DNA from: Lama glama
Lineage: Eukaryota
NCBI GenBank assembly: GCA_028534125.1
Contig: CM052816.1
Span: 84,694,001 to 84,758,000, forward strand
Direction: 5' to 3'
DNA: 64,000 bases
Shown here: piece after piece, positions 12,201 to 24,145 of the stretch
Numbering within the stretch: position 1 is the stretch's first letter
Layout: each line of letters starts with the position of its first letter
Notes under the pieces: generated by a model
The model's database searches: none
Seen by the model: only the letters and a program-made list of their open reading frames with translations
Told to the model about the DNA's origin: nothing
Program-made: the position numbers and the translations under genes

Positions 12201-13384
12201 ATCCAAATGATCATAGGAAGAATAAAAATACCACCTAAGTGCTGTATTTTGATTATAAAATGATTTGATTTCAATTCATGAAGAATTTGTAAAATACATT
12301 TAGAATCCCAGGTAGTACTGATTCTCCTAATTCATAACACTACCACTGCCTTATATCCTTTCCCCTGTTTAGGGAGAGTATTTAATCCACTGTGAAACCT
12401 AAAATGTAAAATGAAACCTGTATTATCTAATGTTTATTTATTATGTTAAATGGTGTTTTAATTTTTTATACCAAAACACTGTATTAAGAATTACATCATT
12501 GCAGAAGTGCATTTATGTTTTAATTTTAAGCTTCAATCAAATTGTATCTTTCTGCATACTTGCACACATAAGTATATATATGTATTTTTTAAATATTCAT
12601 ATTTAAATATTAGAATTATATTGATATAAGTTTCAGGATTTTTCACTTTTCTCAATGCTATTTTCCAGTCTGCATTGTTTATTAAAAAAAAAAAAAACCC
12701 AAAAACTATTCTTCAATATCAGTGCCTACTGAGTATGCTTTTTACTTTTCCTTATCACCATGCTCTGCTATCATATATATATGTGTGTGTGTGTATATAT
12801 ATAGCTCACTCCTTATCCTCTCACTTGTCTTCATTTACATTCATTAACTTGTTCATTTTGGTCTAAGACATTAGATTCTACTTTTGACCAATTTTCATTC
12901 AGCCATCTTGTAGTTGACATTTTCCTCTATAAGATTTCCCAAAACTCAACCTCAACAACCTTTTATTTTGTTTCTTCATTACCTGTTACTGAAACGGAAG
13001 GGTCCGCTTATAGTTTCAATATGCTACCGAGGTCTATCTGAAAATTCACTTTTCTATTTATGTTGCATAGACATCACCAACCTGGTTTCTACCCTATGCT
13101 TATCAGTCCAGGTAATGCAATCAGAAGCTCATAATCTGTTATAATATATGAATTCACAGTCACAATCTAAAACCAGATTCCTTAGTTGTTTATTTTGTTT
13201 ACTCAGAAAGGACAATTCCTCCCCTCTACCGTTATCACACATACTTTATAGTTTTTTAAATTACCGAGATGACATTTTCACATATTTTGTTCTCTGCAGT
13301 CTTCCGCCACCCTCCTAGGTAAACTTTCCTGACAAACTGGAGTGAGTTACTCAGAGATGCCATAATCACTGCCAATCTAGTGGT

Positions 13385-13575
13385 CTATAAAACTGTCAAG
13401 GTCTTTACAAAGAAGGAAAATCACAACCAAAGGAAACTAAGGAGACACGACAGCTAAATGTAACATGATGTTCTCAATGACATCATGGAAAAGAAAAAGC
13501 ACATGAGGTTGAAACTAAGGAAATCTGAAAAAAAAATTAATGGATTTAATTATGTATCAGTATCAATTCATTTAA
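13385..13575 (+). mobile_element. L1MC-like 3' fragment
   Basis: aaaactgtcaaggtc...ctaaggagacacgacagctaaatgtaacatg...aactaaggaaatctgaa. Confidence 0.6.
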
Positions 13576-13579
13576 ATTA

Positions 13580-15450
13580 CTGAGTGATGACCTTCTCCTT
13601 CCAATACGTAAACAAAGCAACAATTGCACCATTTGATTTCTCAGCAGCAGTCAAAAAGATTAAACATGTCTTTTCTAACTTCAGTGATACTTCTTTCTTT
13701 GTGAGATTTGAACATCCCTGGTTATTTCTATTGGTTTTCTTTTTGGTTTCACTGCCCTTTCCCAAATAAATAACTAATGTTTGGTCTCCTAATGGATTCA
13801 TTGTAGATTTTTAACTTTTTTGTCTCTACATTATCTCCTTAAATGATACATGATTTGAATAACATATATATTTGTATGACACAAAACTATACATACAACT
13901 CAAATCACTTTTTTGCTTTCAAAAATTATAGAGTAGCTACGTGCTTGGCCTACAATATAGTAATGTGTTCAAAACAGGACTTCCAATTTATTATCTGAAG
14001 TCTTCTTTTCTAATGCATTGCTTAATTAGAGTAAATTGTATCAGCAGCAATTTAGTTATTCACACTGAAAATATTCAAGTGATCTTCAATGTAATGCTTT
14101 CCCTCATCATCCAACACATCACATCCATCAGCAAGTCATGACATTTTACCTCCACATATAATTCTGTTTCACCTACATCTTTCCATCTCTCTTAATACAA
14201 ACAACCCAGATGCTCCCACTTTCCTTCTTGATTACACCAACAATCTCTTGAGGCTCCTGTCTTACTTTTCTAAAATGTTGTCTCCTTTCATCATTTTAAA
14301 AAATAATTGTTTTAATTTGGAATAATTTTAAATTTACAGTAAAGTTGTGAATATAGTAGAGATTCCCCGTGTACTCCTCATCCATTTCCCATTACTGACA
14401 TCCTGTATTAGTTCAGTACATTTGTCAAAATTAATGAACCAATGTTGAAACATTGTCATTAACTGAAGTCTACCCATTATTTAGATTTCCTCAGTTTTCA
14501 CCTAATGTCCTTTTTCTATTCCAGGATTCCACACAGGATATCATATTACATTCAGTAATCGTGTCTTCTTAGGCTCTCCTTGGTTACAACAGTTTCTCAG
14601 ACTTGTTTTTTATGACCTTGACAGTTGTGGGGAGTACTGGTCAGATATTTTGTAGAAAGCTGTTCAACTGGGATTATCTAGCTTTTTCTCATGTTTGCAC
14701 TGGGATTATAGGTTTGGGGAGGCACAGAGATTAAGTGCCATCGTATCAAGGATATTCCTTTTCTATATGATTTAGGAATGTTGATAATAATCTTGAGCAC
14801 CAGGATGAAGTAGTGTTTGTCTGGTTTCTCCACTATACGATATTCACTTTATCCCCAATCCATACTGTACTTTTTGGAAGAAAGTCAGTAAGTGCAGCCC
14901 ACACTTAAGGAATAAGAGGTTATATTTCACCCCTTTGAAAGAAGAATATGTTCACAAATTATTTGGACTTTTTCTGCATAGGATATTAGTCAATTATCCA
15001 CCATTCATTCATTTATTCAATCATTTAAATATATGAGGATGGACTCCTACCCATTTTTGCACTTAGTTTCAAAATTATTTTTAAAATATATACAGTCATA
15101 ACTCCTCTCTTCCCAGCATGAAACATTTTAATGATGCCATTGAACCATCTGTTTATTATTATAAACACTGCTCTCACTCTCAACCTAAATATTGATCAAT
15201 TTGAAGCCTAACTGTTCTTTATCTTCTTAGTAACATTTTCTTGCCCTAACAACTTTTTGCATGTTATTTACTTTGCCTGAATACTGTTCCAACCACTCTC
15301 TCTATGGCCCCTAAATATCATCTTAAATATTATTTTTTTCTGGGATTTATTCCCTAGCCCAAGTTATGTCAATTATTCTATTTATATGCCCAGGTTTCTA
15401 TGATAGGCATAAATTATTTTTTCTTTCACACATTCACATTCTATTCTCTG
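13580..15450 (+). mobile_element. Degenerate L2 body, interrupted by L1MC
   Basis: L2-type motifs (catccatcagcaagtcatgacattttacctcc; tttgcatgttattttactttgcctgaatactgttcc) on both sides of 14305-15050. Confidence 0.5.
14305..15050 (-). mobile_element. L1MC-like 3' region
   Basis: ttggaataattttaaatttacagtaaagttg...ttagatttcctcagttttcacctaatgtcc...tgaccttgacagtt. Confidence 0.75.
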
Positions 15451-15797
15451 TGAAAAGCCCAAACATAATGTAATTAAGGAAACTAACTAGTTAATTTAAT
15501 TTTCAGTTTAGAAAATTTACTATTTTTAAAACTATTCTTGTATCATATTGTATAGCATATGTAAAGAAATTACAGCCCCAAGCATGTTATAAATATGAAT
15601 ATAGAGTATCTTGTATACAAACTGAAGTCACTTGATGAATTTTGAAATTTTTAATTGCTGTATCCTTGTTTTTTGCGAATTGTTGCCATTTTACCATACT
15701 CTTGCTAATTGAAGAGCACTTGAAGACTTTGATGGTCTTAAGTTTTCTTTCAAGGAAAAGATTGTTTTTTTTTTCACTTTGTCCCACTGAACAATAG

Positions 15798-15850
15798 TGT
15801 CAATGAATGCAATCATCTCAGGAATATTTGACATTGTGAGAAGGTTTCAA
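15798..15850 (+). other. Candidate internal exon (SMNAIISGIFDIVRRFQ in phase-1 frame)
   Basis: Long pyrimidine tract then aatag| acceptor; donor CAA|GTAAGC. Confidence 0.2.
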
Positions 15851-17534
15851 GTAAGCTTTCTTTTCTAAGTTTATAAAATAAACATAAAAGAAAGAACAAT
15901 ACCATAACTTAAATGAAATCTCGATTTCCATACCTAGTATGTGCATATACATAAAATATTTAATATATTTATTAGAAGCAAGCAAAATAAAAGTCTTGTG
16001 TATGTCATGGCTTTGACATAACAAAAAATTAAATCTGTTTTGAACTTTCATGGTTTTAATTGTATCCTATGTGGAAATAGTATAAAGGAGGAAATTGATA
16101 TTTCTTTCTTTTTTCCTTCTCTTCCTTTCTCAAGTCAGTTTTGTCCTTCCTTCCGGCTTGGCTACCTCTCTTCCTCTCTCTTTCTTTCAAGAAAGACCTC
16201 TGTTCCTGAAAATTTTAGATGAATTTTGAAGCCTAAATGTTTAGTCCCATCTCAATACAAATTGTTCTCAGTGTTTTATTGTATACATTTTTTTTTTGGA
16301 GAAATCATCTTGAGTATAAAAGTTTTTTAAAAAATGAAAATGTAGTTGAGGAATTTTATCTGATTCTCTGGCCTTACTCTGAGTATCACATTAAGAAAAT
16401 ATAAAATTATTTTAAAACGTCAAAACTAAAAACACTTCCAGTGAATTCAGCACAAATGTAGAATGCCCTTCATTTATTGAAAATGAACCATTTCTTTATT
16501 AAAGGAAGCATCAGTACTCTTTGCCAATCAAGATAAGTGTTTGAAGCTATAGCCTTCAGTATTTAAATTTAAGAGGCTTACAAGTATGAGCACATGTAAG
16601 ATCCATGCATATTGAAACTTGAAATTCAGAGGAATTAGTTAGCTATGCTGAAGACAAAATAGAAAATACTATGAAAAATTGTACATAAAGCATCAGCCAG
16701 CAATTTATACGCCATCAAACTAATAACTTCTCGCAACATCAGACATCAGAATTAGGATTATTCTGCCTACTTCCAGATAACTCAGGATATTTCAGAATAC
16801 TACATTCCAGCCATGTCTCTCTTTTGACCTGTGTTTACAAAAATATCATAAAATTGCACATGTACAGATTTTATGTCATAGTTATTTAATCTCTCCTCTC
16901 TCTCTCCTCCCCTCTTCATCCCTTCCCCCCCCCACATAGTTATTCATGGAGCATTCTTCATGTTGGTAATGCTTTCTGTTATGCCCTATTATACTTACTG
17001 CCATTTTAATTTGAAAAGCTAAGCTATAGCTTGGCCAGGGAAACAAGGAGCAAAGGCATCAATGTCAGGAGAATAATGCAGGATATGGCAAAGACATGAT
17101 GTGGAACTGAGTGAATCCAATAGAACTTCTATAATAAGAGAGACCTTAAGTGCAGCAGTGTGGTTAACTGACACAGGCTTCCAGCTTCAGAGCACCTCCC
17201 GATAACCTATATTGAAGTAGCCAAACCAATGACACATGAACACAGCACCTGCAGCAAAACTATGGGTTGAAGGGTAAACATAAAATAATTTCTTTTGGAT
17301 ACATAAAGGGAAATGTCTCATAATAATTCTTGAAGAATATTTACCTGCATCTGAAAAGTTAAGGTGATTTTTATTATTTTTTATAATTCAAAGTGACATG
17401 TCATTTCCAACAACATTTTAACAATGAAAATGATGCTGAAAATTCATCAAGGTTTTATTTAACATACAATTTTTAGTTATTTATCTTTATCTAATCTCAA
17501 GGAAAACAAGCCAAACTTTACATCCTTGTGATAT

Positions 17535-17730
17535 TAATTGAGCATACTTAATGAGCTCTTTCTCTGCACTGTCACTATGATCTCACTTCATCTTCACAAT
17601 ACTACACCTCAGTGTAATTATTTCATGAACATTTTACAGGTGAAGGATCTGTTATTCAAAAGGTTAAATGACTGCAAAAGATCACACAATTAGAAAGTGG
17701 TCATGCTAGCATACAAACCAATTCTCATTA
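17535..17730 (-). mobile_element. MIR SINE
   Basis: cattttacaggtgaaggatctg...aggttaaatgactgcaaaagatcacacaattagaaagtgg. Confidence 0.7.
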
Positions 17731-19858
17731 AAATGCAACTGTGCAGTTGGTGATTATTAATCTGATATACATTAAAAATACCTACATTTTAATTGAAATT
17801 GTATTAAAGCAAAATTTAAGTAATAGAATAACAGATAATGATGGCTAAAGGATACAAAATAATCCTGATTTTCAAAGTGATGACATAGTATGCTATTTTC
17901 ATAGTGAAAAGTAGGAAATAAATTTATAACATAAAGATAGTTTTTAGGCATGAATCCACCTTTGGGGATACATTTTTAATTTTCAAATTTTAGCTAAAAC
18001 TAATATTTAAGTAGTTGATTTCCTACATCCTCTATAAATTGGGCTGCAGCACAAGGAACCAGAATTGGGAAGGGAAATTAACATACAAAATCCATGTTGT
18101 ACGAAGAGGTTAGATGTCAACTGTCCTTGCAAAGACAGAACCAGAGCTAAATAAAATCAAGTAACAACAAAAACAGAAAAAAGATCATTTAGACATCTAT
18201 CTAAATTGGAAGGACATTATTAAACAAGGAATTGAAAAAGAAATATGGAAAATTTAAATAAAAAATGGAAGTGGGGCAGGGGTGCAAAGCAGAGGATATT
18301 TCAGGAAAACATATGGTAACTCTTGCTGATTTTTGAGTTGCTAAACTGTACTAGACATCACTTATACAGAGATCCTGACCTCTATTTGGCCACATCATTT
18401 GCAGGTATAATTGTACTGTGAATGATAGAATTCACAGGTTCGAAAACTTGAACCTAACACTATTACAATCCATAAAACCCAGAATTTAATGGATGCATTC
18501 TTGCCTCTTGATATCTACTTAAACTTCACCGACCTGAAGAATTTTTTAAGCTACTGTGGGAGTTCAACCCCAGATTTATGCAAACCCTTTCTGTATGTAG
18601 GTTTATATTTTCATTGCCTCTTGGGTCTTCTGAGCTACTGGTTTCATCTACCATTATACACTTCATTGACCTGAACTTAAATCTCAGCTCCATTTCCAAT
18701 TTCAACAAAAAATAAAAATCACTCAAAGGAAGAATTTGTGCATTTAGTAGGTTTTACTAGTTTGCCAAAGGAGCTCTAACTTTTTTCCACCTTTTTTCTG
18801 TTCTTCAGAGCAATTCAATCTCTTCCTAACTTCAAGGGAGAAGAGGATTATCTGTTTAACAAGAAATACGCACCCAAGTTTCTGAGGGTAGTCTTGTTGA
18901 TTCTTGGGTAGAAGGGCATATGTAACAGCAGAAAAGGTAGGAAGATAGAGCATGCTGGTGTCCCATTTAATCAAAGGTCAAAGGTAACCACCTTTCAGTT
19001 TCTAGCACACCCATGTCTGGCACATCTAGAAAAGAGCCAGCCTGTGATGCCTACTAAGATATGTGCATTCCAGGTAAAGTGTTGTTCAGATTACTTCTTG
19101 TGCTTGTAATCTCTGCTTTACATCTTGCAAGTTTTAGTAAGTGTCTCAGAGCCTTCCTGGGGACCAATGAACTGCTAGAATATCTATTATAGTATTGCCT
19201 TCACAAACCTATGGGGGAGGAAATATGACGTTATTAAAGGAAGTGTTCTAGGTGAAGATGTACAGTGAATTGCAAGTAAATGTAAGGATGAAGTGGATGG
19301 ACAATGTTTTAACAGGAAGAGAAAAATTGGGAAATAAATGTTATTGGCTTTTAGTTTATGTTATTCAGAAATATTTATTTACCCATGTATATTTTGCAAA
19401 TAGCAGGCACTCAATAAATAATTTTAAGTGTAACTATTACTGTTTGAAACAACTGATGATGAATGGGTACAAAACACAGGGAGCCTGCCTTGACATCTGG
19501 TGTCATATGTGATGGCATGCATCGCTCTGCCGTATTGAGTAGGAAGTCACCAAAAGCCAATGACAATTTTTTTAATGTTTTAAAGATTCACAATAGATTA
19601 TTTAGAATGCCTTACAGTGAAGATAAATATATCTTGATGTACACATAAATAGCTGGGTTATCCATCATGAAGTTTTAGAACTCTACACAGATCAAGACTG
19701 CCTCTAGGTGGGTTAACATCAGACTGGAGTTATTTTGTGCATGGATCTACTGGCTATGCTTCCTTTTTTCTTTAAATTGCAAGTAAAACTAAAGGGATTA
19801 AGAGTGTGAGCTTAATTATTTTAAGGGTGCTGTCTCGACTGCTTCATTGTCTGATACT

Positions 19859-20018
19859 CTGGTTTCAGAGATAAGTTGTTTGTCTGTGGATTTTTCTGCT
19901 GCTGCACAGATACCGTTAAATGATCTAGGTGTGCTGATTCCCAGATAAAGGGTATGTCTGTGTCTACCATTGTCTATGCCAGACTTTCTCTATCAAGTCT
20001 AAGTAATCGAGACAGATG
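19859..20018. promoter_or_regulatory. GATA / half-E-box motif cluster (candidate enhancer)
   Basis: CTG-N7-AGATAA (19859-19874), CTG-N6-AGATAA (19934-19948), TGATAG on the minus strand (~19990-19995) and CAGATG (20013-20018). Confidence 0.25.
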
Positions 20019-21084
20019 TGAAGTACTTGGGCCACAGTATTGTTTGGATTCCCTGTTGCATATTTGGTAATCAGAGTTTAGAGAAAAATCTGTTCAACTT
20101 AAGTATTTAGAAGCCTGGTACTAGCCATGAGACTTCATGAGATGTGTCAGCTGTCCAAAGTTATATCCTGTCATTCACGGATGGTAGTCCTTTTTCAAGA
20201 TCGTTCTTATGAGCCTCAAAGTTGGCATGTGTAAAACAAGTTCTCATTCCCAATGTATATATTAGCTTTACAAAGTTATTGTCCTAGATCTGCAGATTGC
20301 TGGGTGAAGTTATTGAAGGTGCTACTGACAAAGAACAGAGACTCCAAGGTATGGAAAGGTTTTCACAAGTGCTTAATATCAGGTCAGAAAGCCTGAAGGT
20401 ATCAGGGTCATGATGACTTCTTCATGCTCTCTTCCACACACAGTGTTTATACTTCATGGCCTAGAAAAAAATGTGCTGTTTTCCTCTTGCATGAAATACT
20501 CCTTGAGTAACCCCAGTCAGAATTTAGTAACCTCTCCTCTACAATTCTCTCTTTAGATAATCTCTGTTTATATTGCTTGTATTCTTATTGGTATAAATTA
20601 TTTGATATATTGTCCTCCCTTTTCCCTCTCTTTAGGCATCTAGCAGGGATTTATTAAGTAATCAGCAAACACAAATTGTTACTTTCCAAGTTACAGTAAT
20701 ACTGCATTTGGTTTACAGCTTTCTCAGTTCTATTAGTGTTGCAATCTGGTTTAAAACTCTTTCTAATTTAAAAGAGCAGATTTATTGTTTATATGTAATT
20801 CACATCTGAAAATAAAATTAAATGGTTATAGCTCTATTATAAATATGAACATACTATGATTTTTATGGAATAATATTATATATTTAGGGGATGCTATTTT
20901 AAAAAGCCAGTAACCTTCAGGATAAAACAGATTACTGTTGCTTTTGGCAAGCTTTGGTTTTAGATATGTGTAATAGAAATGATCTAATCCTAATTGATAC
21001 TCATTCAATAAATTTTAAAGAAAAAAATAGACATCCAAAAATAATAGCACATTCAGGAGTTACATAGCTTTCTTCAAGAACAAT

Positions 21085-22400
21085 AAAAAATGAATTTAGA
21101 ATACTCCCTCACATCATACACAAAAATAAACTCAAATGGCTTAAAGACTTAAATGCAAGATAAGGCACTATAAACCTCTTAGAAGAAAACCATAGGCAAA
21201 ATATTATCCAACATAAATCTCAGCAATGTTCTCCTATAGCAGTCTACCCAAGCAATAGAAATAAAAGCAAAAATAAACAAATGGGACCTAATTAAACTTA
21301 CAAGCTTTTGCTTGTGAGCAAAGGAAACCATAAGCAAAACAAAAAGACAACCTACGGAATGGGAGAAAATATTTGCAAAAGATGAGACTGACAAAGGCTT
21401 AATTTCCAGAATATATAGACAGCTCATACAAGTTAATAAGAAAAAAAACATAAATCCCAATCCAAAAATGGGCAGAAGACCTAAACAAGCAATTTTCCAA
21501 TGAAGACATACAAATGGCCAATAGGCACATGAAAAAATGTTCAGTATCCCTAATTATCAGAGAAATGCTGATCAAAACTACAATGAGGTATCACCTCACA
21601 CCAGTCAGAATGGCCATCATTCAAATGTCCACAAACAATAAATGCTGGAGAGGCTGTGGAGAAAAGGGAGCCCTCCTACGCTGTTGGTGGGAATGTAGTT
21701 TGGTGCAGTCGTTATGGAAAACAGTATGGAGATTTCTCAGAAGACTAAAAATAGAGTTACATATAATTCAGCAATCCCACTCCTGGTATATATCCAGAGG
21801 GAACCTTAATTCAAAAAATACATGCACCCCAATGTTCATAGCAGCACTATATACAATAGCCAAGACATGGAAACAACCTGAATGTCCATCAACAGGTGAC
21901 TCAATAAAGAAATTGTGGTATATTTATACAATGGAATACTACTCAGCCATAAAAAAGAATAAAATAATGCCATTTGCGACAACATGTATGGACCTGGTGA
22001 ATGTCATTCTAAGTGAAGTAAATCAGAAAGAGAAAAAAAAATACCATATGATATCACATATATGTGGAATCTAAAAAAACAAAAAAAGACAAACAAACTT
22101 ACAAAACAGAAACAGACTCACAGACATAGAAAACAAACTATGGTAACCAGGACGGGAAGGAGGTGGGAAGGGATAAATTGAGAGTTCGAGATTTGCAGAT
22201 ACTAACTACTGTATATAAAATAGATAAACAACAAGTTTATACTGTATAGCACAGGGAACCATCTTCAGTATCTTGTAGTAACTTATGGTGAAAAAGAATA
22301 TGAAAACAAATATATGTATGTTCCTATGTGACTGAAGTATTGTGATGTACACCAGAAATTGACACAACATTGTAAACTAACTATACTTCAATAAAAGTAT
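21085..22400 (+). mobile_element. 5'-truncated L1: ORF2 C-terminus plus 3'UTR
   Basis: ORF 21514-22074 contains L1 ORF2 motifs ([50 protein letters not shown]). The 3'UTR ends at ctatacttcaataaaa. Confidence 0.95.
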
Positions 22401-23834
22401 ACTGAAAATATGTAGACAATAAGCAGAATATGATTATCTATATTCAAGCTATAGAGAATATTCAAGGCTCCACTTAGCATTGTTTAAATGAGTGGAAAAA
22501 AGAAAAATAAGCAAAGTAAATACTCTCACTTCCAAATATTACGTATTTGACATTTATATAACTTTCAGTAAATGAGAATGACATCCTGTGGTTCTACATG
22601 GTGTATATTAAGAAAGCACACTTGTAAATCACCCTTGTTTTGCAGCCTAAGCCATGCTGCAGTGTAGGTCATGTCTGCTCTGGGCGAGGAGCCCCATTAA
22701 CAACCCTGAGGGGTGAGAAAACAGCACAAAATTATTTTAGACCATGTTAAACTGCAGGTAGGCAAGCAGAACAGTTACAACACATCTAAAAATATTAGAG
22801 AACGAAAGTTTAAAAAAAAGTAATAAAGAGGAGTTTCAATCTAGAAAAATGCAAAGTGATGGATCTGTGAAAAGTGGTCATTTAATCAAAAAACTCTGGA
22901 ACATGTTGGTTCTGATGGTGATTGATAATGAACAGCAAACCCATGCCCATGAAGAGTTTGCAGTGTTACATACAATGTTACTTTGGGCTACATATAATAC
23001 CACCTTCTTTGAAAAGCTCCATGTGTGTTATTTCTATGTTATCATTAAACTCTAAATACCTTTGTGGAATAAATATAAAATGTCAGTATGTTAGATTAAA
23101 AGAGGTTGCATGATTTACCTATGCCTGTAGGATTTAAAACACCCAGCTGTCTACTAGCTTTATCCCTTTTGATCTAATCTAATGCTCCATAACAATTTCT
23201 ATTCTAAAGTATGAATAAAAAATGTTCTGTTTATCACAAAATATCTGAAGTTTAGAAATTCTGAGAAATAATTTTAATAGTGTATGCTAATAAAGAGAAC
23301 TAGAGAGTAGGTATTATTAAAATACAATAGTTTTACTATTTCATTTCTTATTGCATTGCTTGTAATACTTCTTTGTGCATTACTTTTTAGTCCCTTAAAA
23401 TATAGTTTAAAATATATAACACGTAGGTAGACATATAGACATTTGTCTTTATCATATAGAGAGAAATAGAGGGGATGGGAGGCAACAGCCCTTTTCCAAT
23501 GTAATTTGAAGCCAATTTTGTGGTGTGGCTATAGATTTTCAACGTACTGTTAGTGAAGGAAAAGAATATGAAGGATATTCAAAAACTGTAATGAAACACA
23601 TATCATGTAGTTTGTTTCATGATATAGAATGCAGCTTATTGTTCTTGTTTACTTATTTTCCCTTCACGTTGAATTTCTAATTTTTCTTTCTATTGTACTT
23701 GGTGTATTTTCGTAAAATTCCTCAAAAGTCTTCTTTTAGAGTGAAGTTTATGTAAATACAATGAAAAACAGTAACAGGTAGGTTAAAATATATAAATGAT
23801 CACATGCTAATGCATGTGTATATACATGATGTAT

Positions 23835-24145
23835 ATGTAAGTGCCTTAGGAACAAGGACAGTATCTGATTTTCTCACTATTTTACACTCAATTCATAATA
23901 CAGGACAGGTAGCAGGGAGGAGATAGCTCAGTGGTAGAATGCATGCTTAGCATGTGCAAGGTCCTGGGTTCAAATCCTGGTACCTCCATTTAGAAGAATA
24001 AATAAATAAATAAACCTAATTACCTCCCGTCCAAAATAAAAAAAACAAGAATGAGACACAAAAACCCAAATCCTTAGTACAGGATAGGTAACCAATAAAT
24101 GTTACATAGTAAATGACTTTATGGATGAATAAGTGAATGAGTGTA
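23835..24145 (+). mobile_element. L2 3' end split by a SINE
   Basis: aagtgccttaggaacaaggacagtatctg... resumes after the SINE with caataaatg...gatgaataagtgaatga. Confidence 0.55.
23914..24077 (+). mobile_element. tRNA-derived camelid SINE (Vic-1-like)
   Basis: A box tagctcagtgg, B box ggttcaaatcc, (AAAT)n-cctaattacctccc tail. TSD tacaggacaggtagc (23899-23913) vs tacaggataggtaac (24078-24092), 13/15 identical. Confidence 0.9.

Noticed and set aside
23914..23990. tRNA-like sequences here and at 32229
   Set aside because: They are SINE heads with tails and TSDs, not tRNA genes.
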